Numbered from the stretch's first letter, positions 38,598 to 48,642 are shown. The stretch is 64,000 nt of DNA from a virus (IMGVR_UViG_3300033121_002193:1-64000), one strand, 5' to 3'. Numbers and translations: made by a program. The notes: a model not told the origin generated them from the letters alone.

Positions 38598-41465
38598 TTA
38601 AGCTGTTTGAGTTACTTGCGATACGTTTAAAGTAATTGGAACAAACGCAATTGCATTTGTAATGTACACGTTAACATTTACTCGCATAACTGGACCTGAT
38701 ATTTGAACTGATGCCGCATCAAATCCGGCTGGAGCCCCATCGCTTGGTGAAATTAATTTGTTTTGCAAATATTGATCCATTTTGTATTTTAAAAATACTA
38801 AAGCATTTGCTGCAGAAATATCAGAAATTGCTTGACCAACAGCAAAATTATCAAAAGATTGTAATAAATCTAAAGCCATAAAATCTGCTGTGTACATTAC
38901 CTGTAAACTATTAAAGACAAAATTATTATCTTTGCCATAAGTAGTTTGATCACTTACCCAACGGAAACCACCGGTAGGTGGATTTTCTAATATTAATAAT
39001 CCTGACAAAATGGCGTCTTCTAATTGTCCATTGTTTCTCGGATTAAAATCATTAAACGGTGTAATTATTCCTGATATGTTTGCATACTTGTGCATTATTG
39101 ATTTATACAAACCAATTGCTTGCATAGAGGCTGCAACTGCAGCAGTGTACCAGGGTTGAAACTGCACGATATTACCAGAAATTCCGACAGCCTTTACGTC
39201 TTGAAATGTAAGCGCAACTCTTGCAGATGCCAAATTTTGAGCTTGTATTTTGCAATTTGCATATGTATTTCTATAAGACAAAACCGCAAGTCTGTTTTTT
39301 CTCATTTTAATTTGAGACATTGCCAAAACATGACTTTTTGTATATGCATTTATAGCGTCAATAGTATATGTAGAACTCACATCGGTCAAACCATCTACAA
39401 TATCTAATGATGCGTCTCTGCTAAACAAAGGAACTATGAAATTACAATCAATATCTGCCAATTTGTCAATTGTCGCAATAACCGCAGCACCAGAGGTTCC
39501 TGCTTTTGTTCCACCAGCAAAAAATGTTGGCATTAAACTGGATTCTGGCAAACCTGCAACAGCAATGCTTGTAAAAGACACGTTAGAAGAAAGAGCTAAT
39601 TTTGTTTTAAAATCGTACAAATCTCTTTTAATTCTACAAGGATATAAAGTTCCAGCTGTTGAAGTAGCACACGAATATACACCTTGATCTAAAATAGTGG
39701 GCGATAATTGCCCCACAGAAGCAGTTGCAACCGCAGCAGTATAACCCGTTTGTGAATTAATATATCCGACTAAATCTGATAAAGTTGGATAATTTGAGAA
39801 ATTTAAAGTCAAATTTGCGCCAGATCCGCCAGTTACAGAAGTCGATAAAGAAGTTCCAGTAACAGTAACTGTTGCGGTTGTTCCTACATAAGAAAGTTTA
39901 AGAGCAACATTGCCACCTATTGCCGTATATGATTCTTGTAAATTATCCGTAGAACGACTAATTAACAAATTAGCTTGATAATCTATTCCAGCCACGAAAT
40001 AAGGAATTGATGCTGTAGAAATCCATGTTGCAGCAGTAGTAGTTCCTAAATTATAAAATACTTGATTTACATTTCTTGTTCCGCCACCATCTGAAAGTTC
40101 AAAACCTAATTGAATTCCATCAATCCAAGGACGAGATACTCTTGCGTCATTATCAGGGGTTGCACTAAAAGTAGTCGCAGCTACGTTTACCGGTGAGCCA
40201 TTAGATAATCTAGCAGCAATACAATATGCGGAACTAGTAACATTGTTAACTGTACTGACTGTGTAATATCCAACATTAGCATTTCCTGCCCCCGAGATAG
40301 AAGACCCACTTGGTATATAAAAAATATCTCCAACCCTTGGAGCATTAGCTCCTTGCGCAAAAGCAGTAGCGCCTGTTAAATTTAATCGTAAATTTGCACC
40401 AGATGCAGTTACAGAAACGCCTGCACTTGCCAATGCAGCAAATGAATTTCTGTTTGTGCCCGATTTGTCAGTTATTGACATTGGGCTATACACTTGCATA
40501 TCATTTGTTACTGTTGCGCTAAATGGAGTTGCAACAACACTTACAGGGGCGGTCACGGTTGCATTTACGTGATCTGCTACCTTGGTTGCCGTAATAAACG
40601 CAGATAAAGTGGTATTAGAAACAGATGTAACAACATATGTTCCTAAATTTGCACTGCCAGCACCAGCGAAAGCCGAATCAGCAGTTGCTCCATATAATGT
40701 ATTTGCGGGTAACACTAATAAATCACCAGGAACAGGAGTCGTTGCAAATACACTTCCGGCTGCTAATGTAAATGTTGCAGAATTTCCAGCAGCAACCGTT
40801 GTTACATTTATTGTTGCCAAACCAGTAAAAGCACTTCTATTTACACCGCCAGTTGCTAATAAAGATCCACTTGTTAATGTAGAAACTAATGTATTAGGAG
40901 GTATGTTCGGATTTATTGTCAAAGAAGTATTTGCCCCACCTCTAATTCTATAATTTAAAATAGCAGAAGTGGCCGCACTTGGAACAGGAATATAACTAAA
41001 AGTTCCTGTTGTTGGAGCTATTGCATTGGTATAAACTGATGTTTCCCATTTTAAATTACTACCATTTGCGCCAGCTTTTAAAGCAGATAAAGTGCCATAA
41101 GTCGTAGATATTGTTGGAATTGCACTTGAAGCAATTGTGCTAGGATTTGTTTTATATAAATAAATCCTAGTTACACTTCCCGGAAGGTTTGGGTCGTTTG
41201 CGGGAGCAACTGCCGCTTTAAAGGCTTCAACCAATGGGCCTGATGTATATTTATTAATTACATCACCCATTTGAGAAGGGGTGTAATAATTCAAAGACAG
41301 GTCTTCGGTAGCCGCGCTAGTCGCCAAGCCTTCGTCTGCTTCTCCGATTAAAGCTAAAATACCAGCTACACCAATTCCAGAAGCAGGAGTTTGTACATTT
41401 AATCTAGTATAAGCGCCAGGGATAATTAATGTCCCAAAATCAGAAGAAGAATATGTAAGTGCCAT
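38598..41465 (-). CDS. Contractile tail sheath protein
   Basis: IIPGAY...LALIGEADEG N-terminus; C-terminal RWVSDQTTY...VPITLNV; two inserted repeat domains. Confidence 0.88.
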   Translation of the reverse strand: MALTYSSSDFGTLIIPGAYTRLNVQTPASGIGVAGILALIGEADEGLATSAATEDLSLNYYTPSQMGDVINKYTSGPLVEAFKAAVAPANDPNLPGSVTRIYLYKTNPSTIASSAIPTISTTYGTLSALKAGANGSNLKWETSVYTNAIAPTTGTFSYIPVPSAATSAILNYRIRGGANTSLTINPNIPPNTLVSTLTSGSLLATGGVNRSAFTGLATINVTTVAAGNSATFTLAAGSVFATTPVPGDLLVLPANTLYGATADSAFAGAGSANLGTYVVTSVSNTTLSAFITATKVADHVNATVTAPVSVVATPFSATVTNDMQVYSPMSITDKSGTNRNSFAALASAGVSVTASGANLRLNLTGATAFAQGANAPRVGDIFYIPSGSSISGAGNANVGYYTVSTVNNVTSSAYCIAARLSNGSPVNVAATTFSATPDNDARVSRPWIDGIQLGFELSDGGGTRNVNQVFYNLGTTTAATWISTASIPYFVAGIDYQANLLISRSTDNLQESYTAIGGNVALKLSYVGTTATVTVTGTSLSTSVTGGSGANLTLNFSNYPTLSDLVGYINSQTGYTAAVATASVGQLSPTILDQGVYSCATSTAGTLYPCRIKRDLYDFKTKLALSSNVSFTSIAVAGLPESSLMPTFFAGGTKAGTSGAAVIATIDKLADIDCNFIVPLFSRDASLDIVDGLTDVSSTYTIDAINAYTKSHVLAMSQIKMRKNRLAVLSYRNTYANCKIQAQNLASARVALTFQDVKAVGISGNIVQFQPWYTAAVAASMQAIGLYKSIMHKYANISGIITPFNDFNPRNNGQLEDAILSGLLILENPPTGGFRWVSDQTTYGKDNNFVFNSLQVMYTADFMALDLLQSFDNFAVGQAISDISAANALVFLKYKMDQYLQNKLISPSDGAPAGFDAASVQISGPVMRVNVNVYITNAIAFVPITLNVSQVTQTA

Positions 41466-41492
41466 AAAAATATCCTATGAAAGTTTAATAAT

Positions 41493-41500
41493 AGATTAAG
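41493..41500 (-). promoter_or_regulatory. Putative late-promoter motif CTTAATCT
   Basis: Upstream of sheath start. Confidence 0.7.
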
Positions 41501-41734
41501 TTATATACCAAAATGTTTACAACAAAATTCCCATTTTTCTGGCGTGTCTAAAAAACCCATTGTCTGAATGTGTAATTTAACGGGTTCTTTCCATTCTTGT
41601 TTAATATTATGTGTTTTTGCATAATACATGAAAAAATCATCAAAATTATAAAACATAATGGCAGGTTGTGTGTTTTCAACATTTATTTGATTTTCTTCTG
41701 TAAAAACCAGGTCATCTTTTTTCTTAAAAGCCAT
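41501..41734 (-). CDS. Hypothetical protein
   Basis: GAGG RBS, ATG at 41734; preceded by late motif at 41758-41765. Confidence 0.5.
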   Translation of the reverse strand: MAFKKKDDLVFTEENQINVENTQPAIMFYNFDDFFMYYAKTHNIKQEWKEPVKLHIQTMGFLDTPEKWEFCCKHFGI

Positions 41735-41757
41735 ATTCAAAATTCCTCTTGTGAAAT

Positions 41758-41765
41758 AGATTAAG
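41758..41765 (-). promoter_or_regulatory. Putative late-promoter motif CTTAATCT
   Basis: Overlaps stop of upstream gene; upstream of 41734 start. Confidence 0.55.
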
Positions 41766-42699
41766 TTTTTAATAATTTTGCATAAACCGTTTTAGTAGGA
41801 TCATTTATTTTTACTAAATTAATATCTGTAATAACGCCTTCATATAATTGTGAAAAATCTTGAACCCAACGAGATTGAACTAAAGAATCCATATAAATAG
41901 TTTTTGAATAAATGATGTTTTTTCCATGGGCTTCATCATTTTCCATATTAACCCCAGTAGAAGAAACTGATGATAAACTAAAAGTATTTTGTTCTAATAA
42001 AGATCTGTATCTTAAAATTATATATAATAAAATATCATGTAACCAAATGATTGCGGCAGTTTCGCCATTTACTCTGCAAGTTATTTCATATTTTTGTTCA
42101 AAATGAGCTATATGTCTATTTATTTTTAATTTATTAAATTGTGGTCTAACATAACTTTCTGTAAAATCATCACGTACATTTTTTTGTATTCTAAATTCTT
42201 TTTCCGATAAAATTTCCTCAATTGGATATACTGTATTACTTTTTTTGCTAACTAATCCTTGTCCCTTGAAAATAAAAGGATATTCTATTAAAGTATTAGG
42301 CAAAGTAACTATTCCACTAGATAAATCATAACTTACGTTTATTGGTCCAAGTATATAGATTGGTTGCTCTATTAAATCCTGTTCTGTAATATATTCTTCA
42401 TGTGGCATATCGCAATCACCAAGACTAGCCATTGGTTTTGATTCTACAGAAGACGGGTTTGAAATAATAATAGAAGGATATCTTGCTTGATCAAATGACC
42501 ATTCAAAACCAACATCTATGTAATTTTGCAAAAACCAGTTTTTAGCTCGTTCAATTTCTTTTTTTCCATAGTTTAAATTAACTAAATCTAACTGATCGTA
42601 TTCAAAAACGAAATCAATAAAAAATGGATGTTTTCTTAAATCAGCAATTCCTTGTTTAATAACATTTAATAGTAAAATATCACTTTGCGCAATAGACAT
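41761..42699 (-). CDS. Tail terminator/completion protein
   Basis: YPSIII...E, later YEITC...WLHDILLYIILRYR; position before sheath. Confidence 0.55.
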   Translation of the reverse strand: MSIAQSDILLLNVIKQGIADLRKHPFFIDFVFEYDQLDLVNLNYGKKEIERAKNWFLQNYIDVGFEWSFDQARYPSIIISNPSSVESKPMASLGDCDMPHEEYITEQDLIEQPIYILGPINVSYDLSSGIVTLPNTLIEYPFIFKGQGLVSKKSNTVYPIEEILSEKEFRIQKNVRDDFTESYVRPQFNKLKINRHIAHFEQKYEITCRVNGETAAIIWLHDILLYIILRYRSLLEQNTFSLSSVSSTGVNMENDEAHGKNIIYSKTIYMDSLVQSRWVQDFSQLYEGVITDINLVKINDPTKTVYAKLLKT

Positions 42700-42700
42700 A

Positions 42701-43477
42701 TTATTCTAATAGATTAATTCTTATTAATTGCTCTGTTATGATTTTTAAATAATTTTCCAAAATCCATGAAAATACTTCATCTAAAATTTTAACACCTTTA
42801 AGTTCTGGAATATCCCAGCCTTTTGAGTTCTTGTTTAGTGTTCTAAAAGTCATAATTGTTTTTTGAACGCTTTTCCCTTTAGGGGTTTTTGTTTCATGTT
42901 GATAAATGGTCAAATTATTTAAAATGCTTTTTCCTGTTTGTTTGCTTTTGAATTGTGATGGCACATCGGTAATGATGGCAGCAGGTATTATTTTTTTAAC
43001 TGTACTAATAACAGGCACCCCTTGCGTATTTGTAATTGGATTTTTTAAACTTATTTTTTCTTTTTTTAAGGTGTTTTTTATTTCATTATAAATCACTTGT
43101 TGTTTTGAACTCATTAAACTTGGAATATTTTGATTGTGTTTAAATGGAATAACAACAGAATTTCTATTCTTTAAATGTGTTTTTTTTAAGTTATGTGCGG
43201 GTACGCCTTCTTCAATCCAAGTTGCTTTATCTCTTAAAACAATAATATATACTGGATTTTTTTTACTTTTTGGCTTTTCTAAGATTAAATTTTCAAGATA
43301 TAAATTCCTAGTAGTTCTTAATTTATTTTGTGCTAATCTAACTGCTTCGCTATAAGCTTGAACCGCAACAACATCTAAGGCGTTTAAAAAAATATTTTCT
43401 ATTCCTGAAATTTTAGAAAGCTGCTGTCTAAATTGATCAAAGTTTATATCAAGTTTAAAGCCGCTGTCATTTGCCAT
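42701..43477 (-). CDS. Neck/tail completion protein (basic)
   Basis: TRNLYL...ATWIEEG...VIPF...TFRT...GW.IP pattern; synteny. Confidence 0.5.
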   Translation of the reverse strand: MANDSGFKLDINFDQFRQQLSKISGIENIFLNALDVVAVQAYSEAVRLAQNKLRTTRNLYLENLILEKPKSKKNPVYIIVLRDKATWIEEGVPAHNLKKTHLKNRNSVVIPFKHNQNIPSLMSSKQQVIYNEIKNTLKKEKISLKNPITNTQGVPVISTVKKIIPAAIITDVPSQFKSKQTGKSILNNLTIYQHETKTPKGKSVQKTIMTFRTLNKNSKGWDIPELKGVKILDEVFSWILENYLKIITEQLIRINLLE

Positions 43478-43481
43478 AAAA

Positions 43482-43790
43482 CTATTCAGCTGAGGTTTGT
43501 GTTTGAATTTCTTCTTTTAATTCTTGATCTTTTTCAACTTCTTTATCTGTTTTTAAAACACCATTTTCTAATAAAATTTGTGCTAAATTAATCATGCAGG
43601 AAGCTAATTCTAATAATGATTCATACGCATTAGGATTTGTTACTTGTATCATTTCAAATGCCGGCAAATGATTTTTAAAATTATTTAATACAGTTTCAAT
43701 ATCAGAAACTTTATTTTTAAAATCATAAACATTCAATCTTTTTATAGAATTGTCCATTGTATTTGCTGATGCTTCTATATTATCTTTCAT
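43482..43790 (-). CDS. Hypothetical protein
   Basis: 102-aa ORF in operon. Confidence 0.5.
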   Translation of the reverse strand: MKDNIEASANTMDNSIKRLNVYDFKNKVSDIETVLNNFKNHLPAFEMIQVTNPNAYESLLELASCMINLAQILLENGVLKTDKEVEKDQELKEEIQTQTSAE

Positions 43791-43792
43791 GT

Positions 43793-44503
43793 TTATTTAA
43801 TTTCCCCCTTTTTATTCCACAAAGCTTTCAATAACAAAGAAATATTTTCTTTGCTCCATTTATCGCTAAATAACACTTTTATATTTTCATTATTATCTTT
43901 GTAAATATGTAAACTGTTTTTTCCTAAAATTTTAAAACATATACACAGACGTTTGTGTTCTGGATTTAAAATAATAGATTCTTGACAATCTGGACAAGTA
44001 TATTTATCTTCTGTTTTATTTAATTTTATTTCTATTTTTTTTTCTGGGAAAAAGTTATTGTTTACAAGAAGATTAACTGTTTTTTGTAAGGATTTATTTA
44101 AATTTGTATCTAAATTAAATACACTTTCATTAAAAGTTGACTCTAACGATAAACACGTGGCTAGTACATTTGGCATGTCTTTATTATCAATAAAAGCAAT
44201 TGTTTGTTCGTTTTTAAACAATCTCCCACAAAACAAATCTTTTTCTTTTTTAATAATCTCTAATTGATATTCCATTGATGGAATCTTTAAAATAATCGGC
44301 ACATTTGAATTTTTTAAGTTTTTCAAACTTTTCGAGAGCCAATAAGAAATTCCACGCGGAACAATTTGCATTTGTTCTAAATATTCTTCTGTATTTTCTT
44401 TATTAACGTTAGGCAAGGATAAAACAGCCTTTTTTAAAATGCAATATCCTTTATTGCCTACCAATTCTTCTATTTTTTCATTATATGTTTTTTTGTTTAG
44501 CAT
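43793..44503 (-). CDS. Hypothetical protein with C-terminal Zn-binding motif
   Basis: CPDC...CIC. Confidence 0.5.
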   Translation of the reverse strand: MLNKKTYNEKIEELVGNKGYCILKKAVLSLPNVNKENTEEYLEQMQIVPRGISYWLSKSLKNLKNSNVPIILKIPSMEYQLEIIKKEKDLFCGRLFKNEQTIAFIDNKDMPNVLATCLSLESTFNESVFNLDTNLNKSLQKTVNLLVNNNFFPEKKIEIKLNKTEDKYTCPDCQESIILNPEHKRLCICFKILGKNSLHIYKDNNENIKVLFSDKWSKENISLLLKALWNKKGEIK

Positions 44504-44541
44504 TTATCATGCTCCGATCATTACAATATAAGTATAAGTTT

Positions 44542-45375
44542 CTATTTAATAGACAAATTCATTCCTGAACTAGGAGACAACCCCTCTCTGGATGAATCAT
44601 CTTCTGCCCTATTTAATTCATTTAAATAGTAAATTTCTCTTTGTAAAATTAATAGTTGAGGGTATCTAACTTGTATTTTTTCAGAAGATTGAGGAATAAC
44701 CGTATTACACAATCTTATTTCGTGTAATACAACGCTAACATACCAAGATGGTCGATAGTAATATCTTATTTGATAAACTCCGCCATCTCCAGTAGATTGA
44801 ATATATTGTGGTCTATTTTGACCAATCCATTGTAAGTTGCCGCCAGAAATAACAAAATCACTTCCCTCAAAATATTCCTTTCCATTCATATCAATAACAT
44901 ATTCTATTTTTACAATTGGAAACATTGCTCTATCAATTCCAGTAGGCGAACAAATCATTTTTTCAAATCTAGGAACTACTACGGTTTCATCTACCAAATC
45001 AATTCTATCGTTTACACAGAAAAACAATTGACAATCGCTTTCTTTATATTGTCTAGGTACGTGTAAAGTAGTTATAGAAGAATCAATTATACCTTCTACA
45101 TTGAAATATTTTTTAGTGCTATTATTATCAAATACACCTAAAAAACATTTTCCACCTCTATAATAAAAACCATTACTACAAGTATGATTTAAATGAGATG
45201 AACGTGGGCTGCCTCGATCGGTATCGCCCCCTGCGCACGGAACCGCTTTCCAATGTTTAAAATCAACTCCATGCGCTTCTATCAAATTATCAAAAGCAAA
45301 AGGATCAAAATACAATTGATCTTGTGCAAATTGCAATGGATTTTCTATATAATTCCCTCTAGTTGCCATCATCAA
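44542..45375 (-). CDS. Neck/head-closure protein
   Basis: FDNLIEAHG...KAVPC...CSNGFYY...DRI pattern of large-myovirus neck proteins. Confidence 0.55.
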   Translation of the reverse strand: MMMATRGNYIENPLQFAQDQLYFDPFAFDNLIEAHGVDFKHWKAVPCAGGDTDRGSPRSSHLNHTCSNGFYYRGGKCFLGVFDNNSTKKYFNVEGIIDSSITTLHVPRQYKESDCQLFFCVNDRIDLVDETVVVPRFEKMICSPTGIDRAMFPIVKIEYVIDMNGKEYFEGSDFVISGGNLQWIGQNRPQYIQSTGDGGVYQIRYYYRPSWYVSVVLHEIRLCNTVIPQSSEKIQVRYPQLLILQREIYYLNELNRAEDDSSREGLSPSSGMNLSIK

Positions 45376-45577
45376 TCCATTTTATGTTGTTATATTTTTT
45401 ATCTGCCATATATTTAGCGATTTCTTTATGAGATCCAGCGCCTAATATTTCTGTTTTGTTTTTATTAGAAAAAAACAAAACATTAAATCCGCCAAAAGTT
45501 ACAACTAAATCTATAGGCAAATTATTCATATACCCAATTGTCTTTTTTAATTTAATATGTTTTTGAGTTATTTTCAT
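45359..45577 (-). CDS. Hypothetical protein
   Basis: 72-aa ORF coupled to neighbours. Confidence 0.5.
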   Translation of the reverse strand: MKITQKHIKLKKTIGYMNNLPIDLVVTFGGFNVLFFSNKNKTEILGAGSHKEIAKYMADKKYNNIKWIDDGN

Positions 45578-45582
45578 AATTT

Positions 45583-46416
45583 TTAAAAAGTAGACATCAT
45601 AATTGAATTATAATACATCATTCTAATATTTTTAATTAATTCGTCTCTTTTTTCCTTTAAGTCATTAATTCTAAGTGCATATATATTAGGTCCTGGACTG
45701 CCAATTGATTGACTCATTCCATCTAAGCCTAAACTTGAACTTGTTGTTCTTACAAGTGGGCCTAATCTGGATAATAAATCTATAGCGGCTTCCGTGGCGA
45801 TTAAATCATTAATAATTCCTGGCATTTTATCTTCAGGAAATCCGGCTGTATATTTTATAGAGAAAAATGCGGGAATAAATCTAGGATACACATTTGCCAA
45901 TAACCAATTACCAAACGGGCTAGCTACGCCATTTGCACTAAAAAAAGAATTTGTATAAACATTAGTAACATATCCCAACGTAATTAAACCTGTTTGAAAA
46001 TTTCCTGTCTCTATTAATGTAGGTGGAAAAACAAAAATATTAGTACCGGTAGCATCCGCAATCGCAAGCTCTTCTACTGATAAAATCGGACGATAGGGCA
46101 TTTCTAAATAACAATAGGCTTGATACAAATTTTTATCATATTCTTTCCTAACTTTTCTTTGAACAGGAAATATATTTATTTTTATTTCTGTTTCTATGCG
46201 ATTCATGGCATAGTCTAAAGTTCTTTTTAGGTCTTCATTGTTCAAAACTTCGCCTGTAATAGGACTTTTTAAACTAATTCCAAACAAATAATCTTTTTTG
46301 AAAATTTCAGGAGTAATAAGAGGTTGATACCTGTTAACATTTGCGCCTGCATCAATTGCATATAAAGGATATACACAGCCCATAGATGGACGACTATTTG
46401 TATAATCTGCACTCAT
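45583..46416 (-). CDS. Head-tail adaptor protein
   Basis: YLFGI...RPILSVE...IKYTAGF...SSSLGLDGMSQS pattern. Confidence 0.65.
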   Translation of the reverse strand: MSADYTNSRPSMGCVYPLYAIDAGANVNRYQPLITPEIFKKDYLFGISLKSPITGEVLNNEDLKRTLDYAMNRIETEIKINIFPVQRKVRKEYDKNLYQAYCYLEMPYRPILSVEELAIADATGTNIFVFPPTLIETGNFQTGLITLGYVTNVYTNSFFSANGVASPFGNWLLANVYPRFIPAFFSIKYTAGFPEDKMPGIINDLIATEAAIDLLSRLGPLVRTTSSSLGLDGMSQSIGSPGPNIYALRINDLKEKRDELIKNIRMMYYNSIMMSTF

Positions 46417-46417
46417 A

Positions 46418-46822
46418 TTAACACAAACTCGGGTTTAAAGATTGTACGGTAATAGCCCTAGAAATAACACCAGTTTTTACAATTCCGTTTTCTGTTAATG
46501 AAAACATTAAATTTCCTTGTGATATTTTATCTGTAGACAAAATATTGAATTGCCAAATACTTGCATCTAAAGGAAATGGTTGAGTAGCGTTTCTTGTGAT
46601 TACATTTGTGCTATTAATACTTGAAATTGTAATCGTCACTGTAGAACCTACGGCAGGCATATATCTTAATCCTTGCCCATTGGTTAAATCAGAGGCTTGT
46701 TCGTCGTCAGTTAATTGAAAATAAACAGATGTACTGCTGCCTTCTCTTAATAAAACAGCAGTAGCTACCTGCCAACTGTTGACATTTTGTACGTTTTTTA
46801 ACATTCTGCCACTAAGAAACAT
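46418..46822 (-). CDS. Hypothetical virion protein (first gene of the late block)
   Basis: AGGA RBS; late motif at 46847-46854. Confidence 0.5.
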   Translation of the reverse strand: MFLSGRMLKNVQNVNSWQVATAVLLREGSSTSVYFQLTDDEQASDLTNGQGLRYMPAVGSTVTITISSINSTNVITRNATQPFPLDASIWQFNILSTDKISQGNLMFSLTENGIVKTGVISRAITVQSLNPSLC

Positions 46823-46846
46823 ATTATCCTTTTGTATTATTTAATA

Positions 46847-46854
46847 AGATTAAG
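46847..46854 (-). promoter_or_regulatory. Putative late-promoter motif CTTAATCT
   Basis: At the head of the structural block. Confidence 0.7.
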
Positions 46855-46879
46855 TAAATTAGATTTTAAAAAAGTAATT

Positions 46880-47577
46880 ATGAAAAAAACAAAATGTACG
46901 TTTGTTGTTATAGATGGAATAAAATTGGAAAAGATACTCAAATAAATCAATTGAAAAATTATTTTTCCTCAAAAAACAAAACATATCTTTCTATTGATTG
47001 TATTGGATGGTCTCAACATAAAGATTTTATTCATTTGAAAGTTTTAAGAGAATTAATTTTTAATGCAAAAGAATTATCATCAAAATTAGAAGAAAAAACT
47101 TTTGCACTGGCTTCTTTTTTGAATTTACAAATAGTACAAAAATTAAAGGAAACTAATGAGTATGAATATATACTACAAAATAGAGGTCCTTTAAGCCATA
47201 TTGCTTATGGCTTAACGAAAAATCATTCTCGTAAACAATTAAATACTTATTACAAACAAGTAAATGAAATTTTGAACAATTTTAAGGCAAACTATATTAA
47301 TATTTGCTTGTTACCAAGAAATTTTGAATTATTTATAAAACAAAGAATTGATTTGGCAAAAAATAAACATAAAGAAATAAGTGCAAGACATGAAAAGCTA
47401 GAAAACATTGATTTTCAAAAAAAAGTATACTACAATATGTTAAATGAATTTAAATTAGCAAAAATGAATAAATCTTATTTTTTGCAAAAAGATAGCTGTA
47501 AAATGTTATTAATTGAAGAAAATTCTTCAATTGAAGACGTGAAAAAACAAATAATAAGCATAATAGAAAAGGAATAG
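46880..47577 (+). pseudogene. Thymidylate kinase-like gene frameshifted in the P-loop
   Basis: ATG 46880 gives MKKTKCTFVVIDGI then soon stops; -1 frame continues NKIGKDTQINQL...ILQNRGPLSHIAYG; joined = FVVIDGI-NKIGKDTQ (TMK P-loop). Confidence 0.6.
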
Positions 47578-47579
47578 AA

Positions 47580-48125
47580 ATGGATTTTTATATGGTAAAA
47601 CGATTTTTTTATAATTTACTGAACAGATTTAAAGGCACAAATTATAATGAATATAAATGTAAAAATTGCGAATATGATATTTTAAGTTTGAAACAAGAAG
47701 TTTCTTTTGTTAAACTAAACACAGAAGCTAAAGCACCGTTTAAAAAACACGAGGGCGATGCAGGATACGATTTATTTGCCAATTTACCAGAAAAACAAAG
47801 TATTACAATCGAACCAAATGACCAAGCAAAAATACCAACGGGAATTGCGGTATCTTTGAATAAATGTACAGTAGGAATAATTAACGATCGTTCTAGTATG
47901 GCATTTAAAAAACAAATTGTGACTGGTGGAGTTATTGATGAGCCGTACACGGGTGAAATTTCTGTTTTATTGTTTAATTTATCAAAAGAACCATATAAAA
48001 TAAATCATGGTGATAAAATAGCACAAATGGTCATTTTTCCAATTGTGCAAGCAACTTTTATTGAAAAAGAATCTCTGCAAGAAACTGAGCGTGGCAACAA
48101 TGGCTTTGGAAGCACTGGAACCTAG
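47580..48125 (+). CDS. dut: Trimeric dUTPase
   Basis: All five motifs: AGYDL, RSS, GVIDEPYTGEI, IAQMVI, RGNNGFGSTG. Confidence 0.95.
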   Translation: MDFYMVKRFFYNLLNRFKGTNYNEYKCKNCEYDILSLKQEVSFVKLNTEAKAPFKKHEGDAGYDLFANLPEKQSITIEPNDQAKIPTGIAVSLNKCTVGIINDRSSMAFKKQIVTGGVIDEPYTGEISVLLFNLSKEPYKINHGDKIAQMVIFPIVQATFIEKESLQETERGNNGFGSTGT

Positions 48126-48642
48126 ATATATTTTTTTATATATAAGTTCTCCAGAACCTGAAATTAGCGCAGAAATATTTGATAATAAAGACACAATAAA
48201 CAAAGTAATTGTAGCTTGTGTGATTTTTTTGAATAATGCCATTATACTCAATGGCGGTTTTCGATTTAACAAATATATAGCTGTTAAACACGAAAATAGC
48301 AAAGGTTCTTTATGGGTAAGACAGACTAGAAATAATTATAGATGGACATGTACATATTTAAAAATTTTACTAAAAAAATTCATTGAAATTACAAACAAAC
48401 CACATCATTACAATCATGCTTATGAATGGTTTTTAAAATATACACATTTGATTCCTGTTGGTAAATTAACTGATTTTGTAAATGACACCAACTATACTAA
48501 ATTAGAATCAACAGAGGCAAACAAAACATACATATTGAAAAAATGGTTTTGCGAGAATGTTAACCTAATTCTTGAAAGTAATCAGCTTACAGACACAGAT
48601 ATGCAAAAAATAGATTTTCTATACAAAAACATTTCTTTGTAA
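48100..48642 (+). CDS. Pyrimidine-dimer DNA glycosylase-like phage protein (divergent)
   Basis: IF...P..SA...D...NKVIV...H.N....WVRQTRNNYRW pattern; ATG 48100 used. Confidence 0.45.
   Translation: MALEALEPRYIFLYISSPEPEISAEIFDNKDTINKVIVACVIFLNNAIILNGGFRFNKYIAVKHENSKGSLWVRQTRNNYRWTCTYLKILLKKFIEITNKPHHYNHAYEWFLKYTHLIPVGKLTDFVNDTNYTKLESTEANKTYILKKWFCENVNLILESNQLTDTDMQKIDFLYKNISL

Noticed and set aside
15739-46822. Extracellular contractile injection system or tailocin
   Set aside because: Head-tail adaptor/neck genes, dUTPase, Tad2 and other phage accessory genes are present, and no eCIS AAA+ ATPase is seen; phage is the simpler reading
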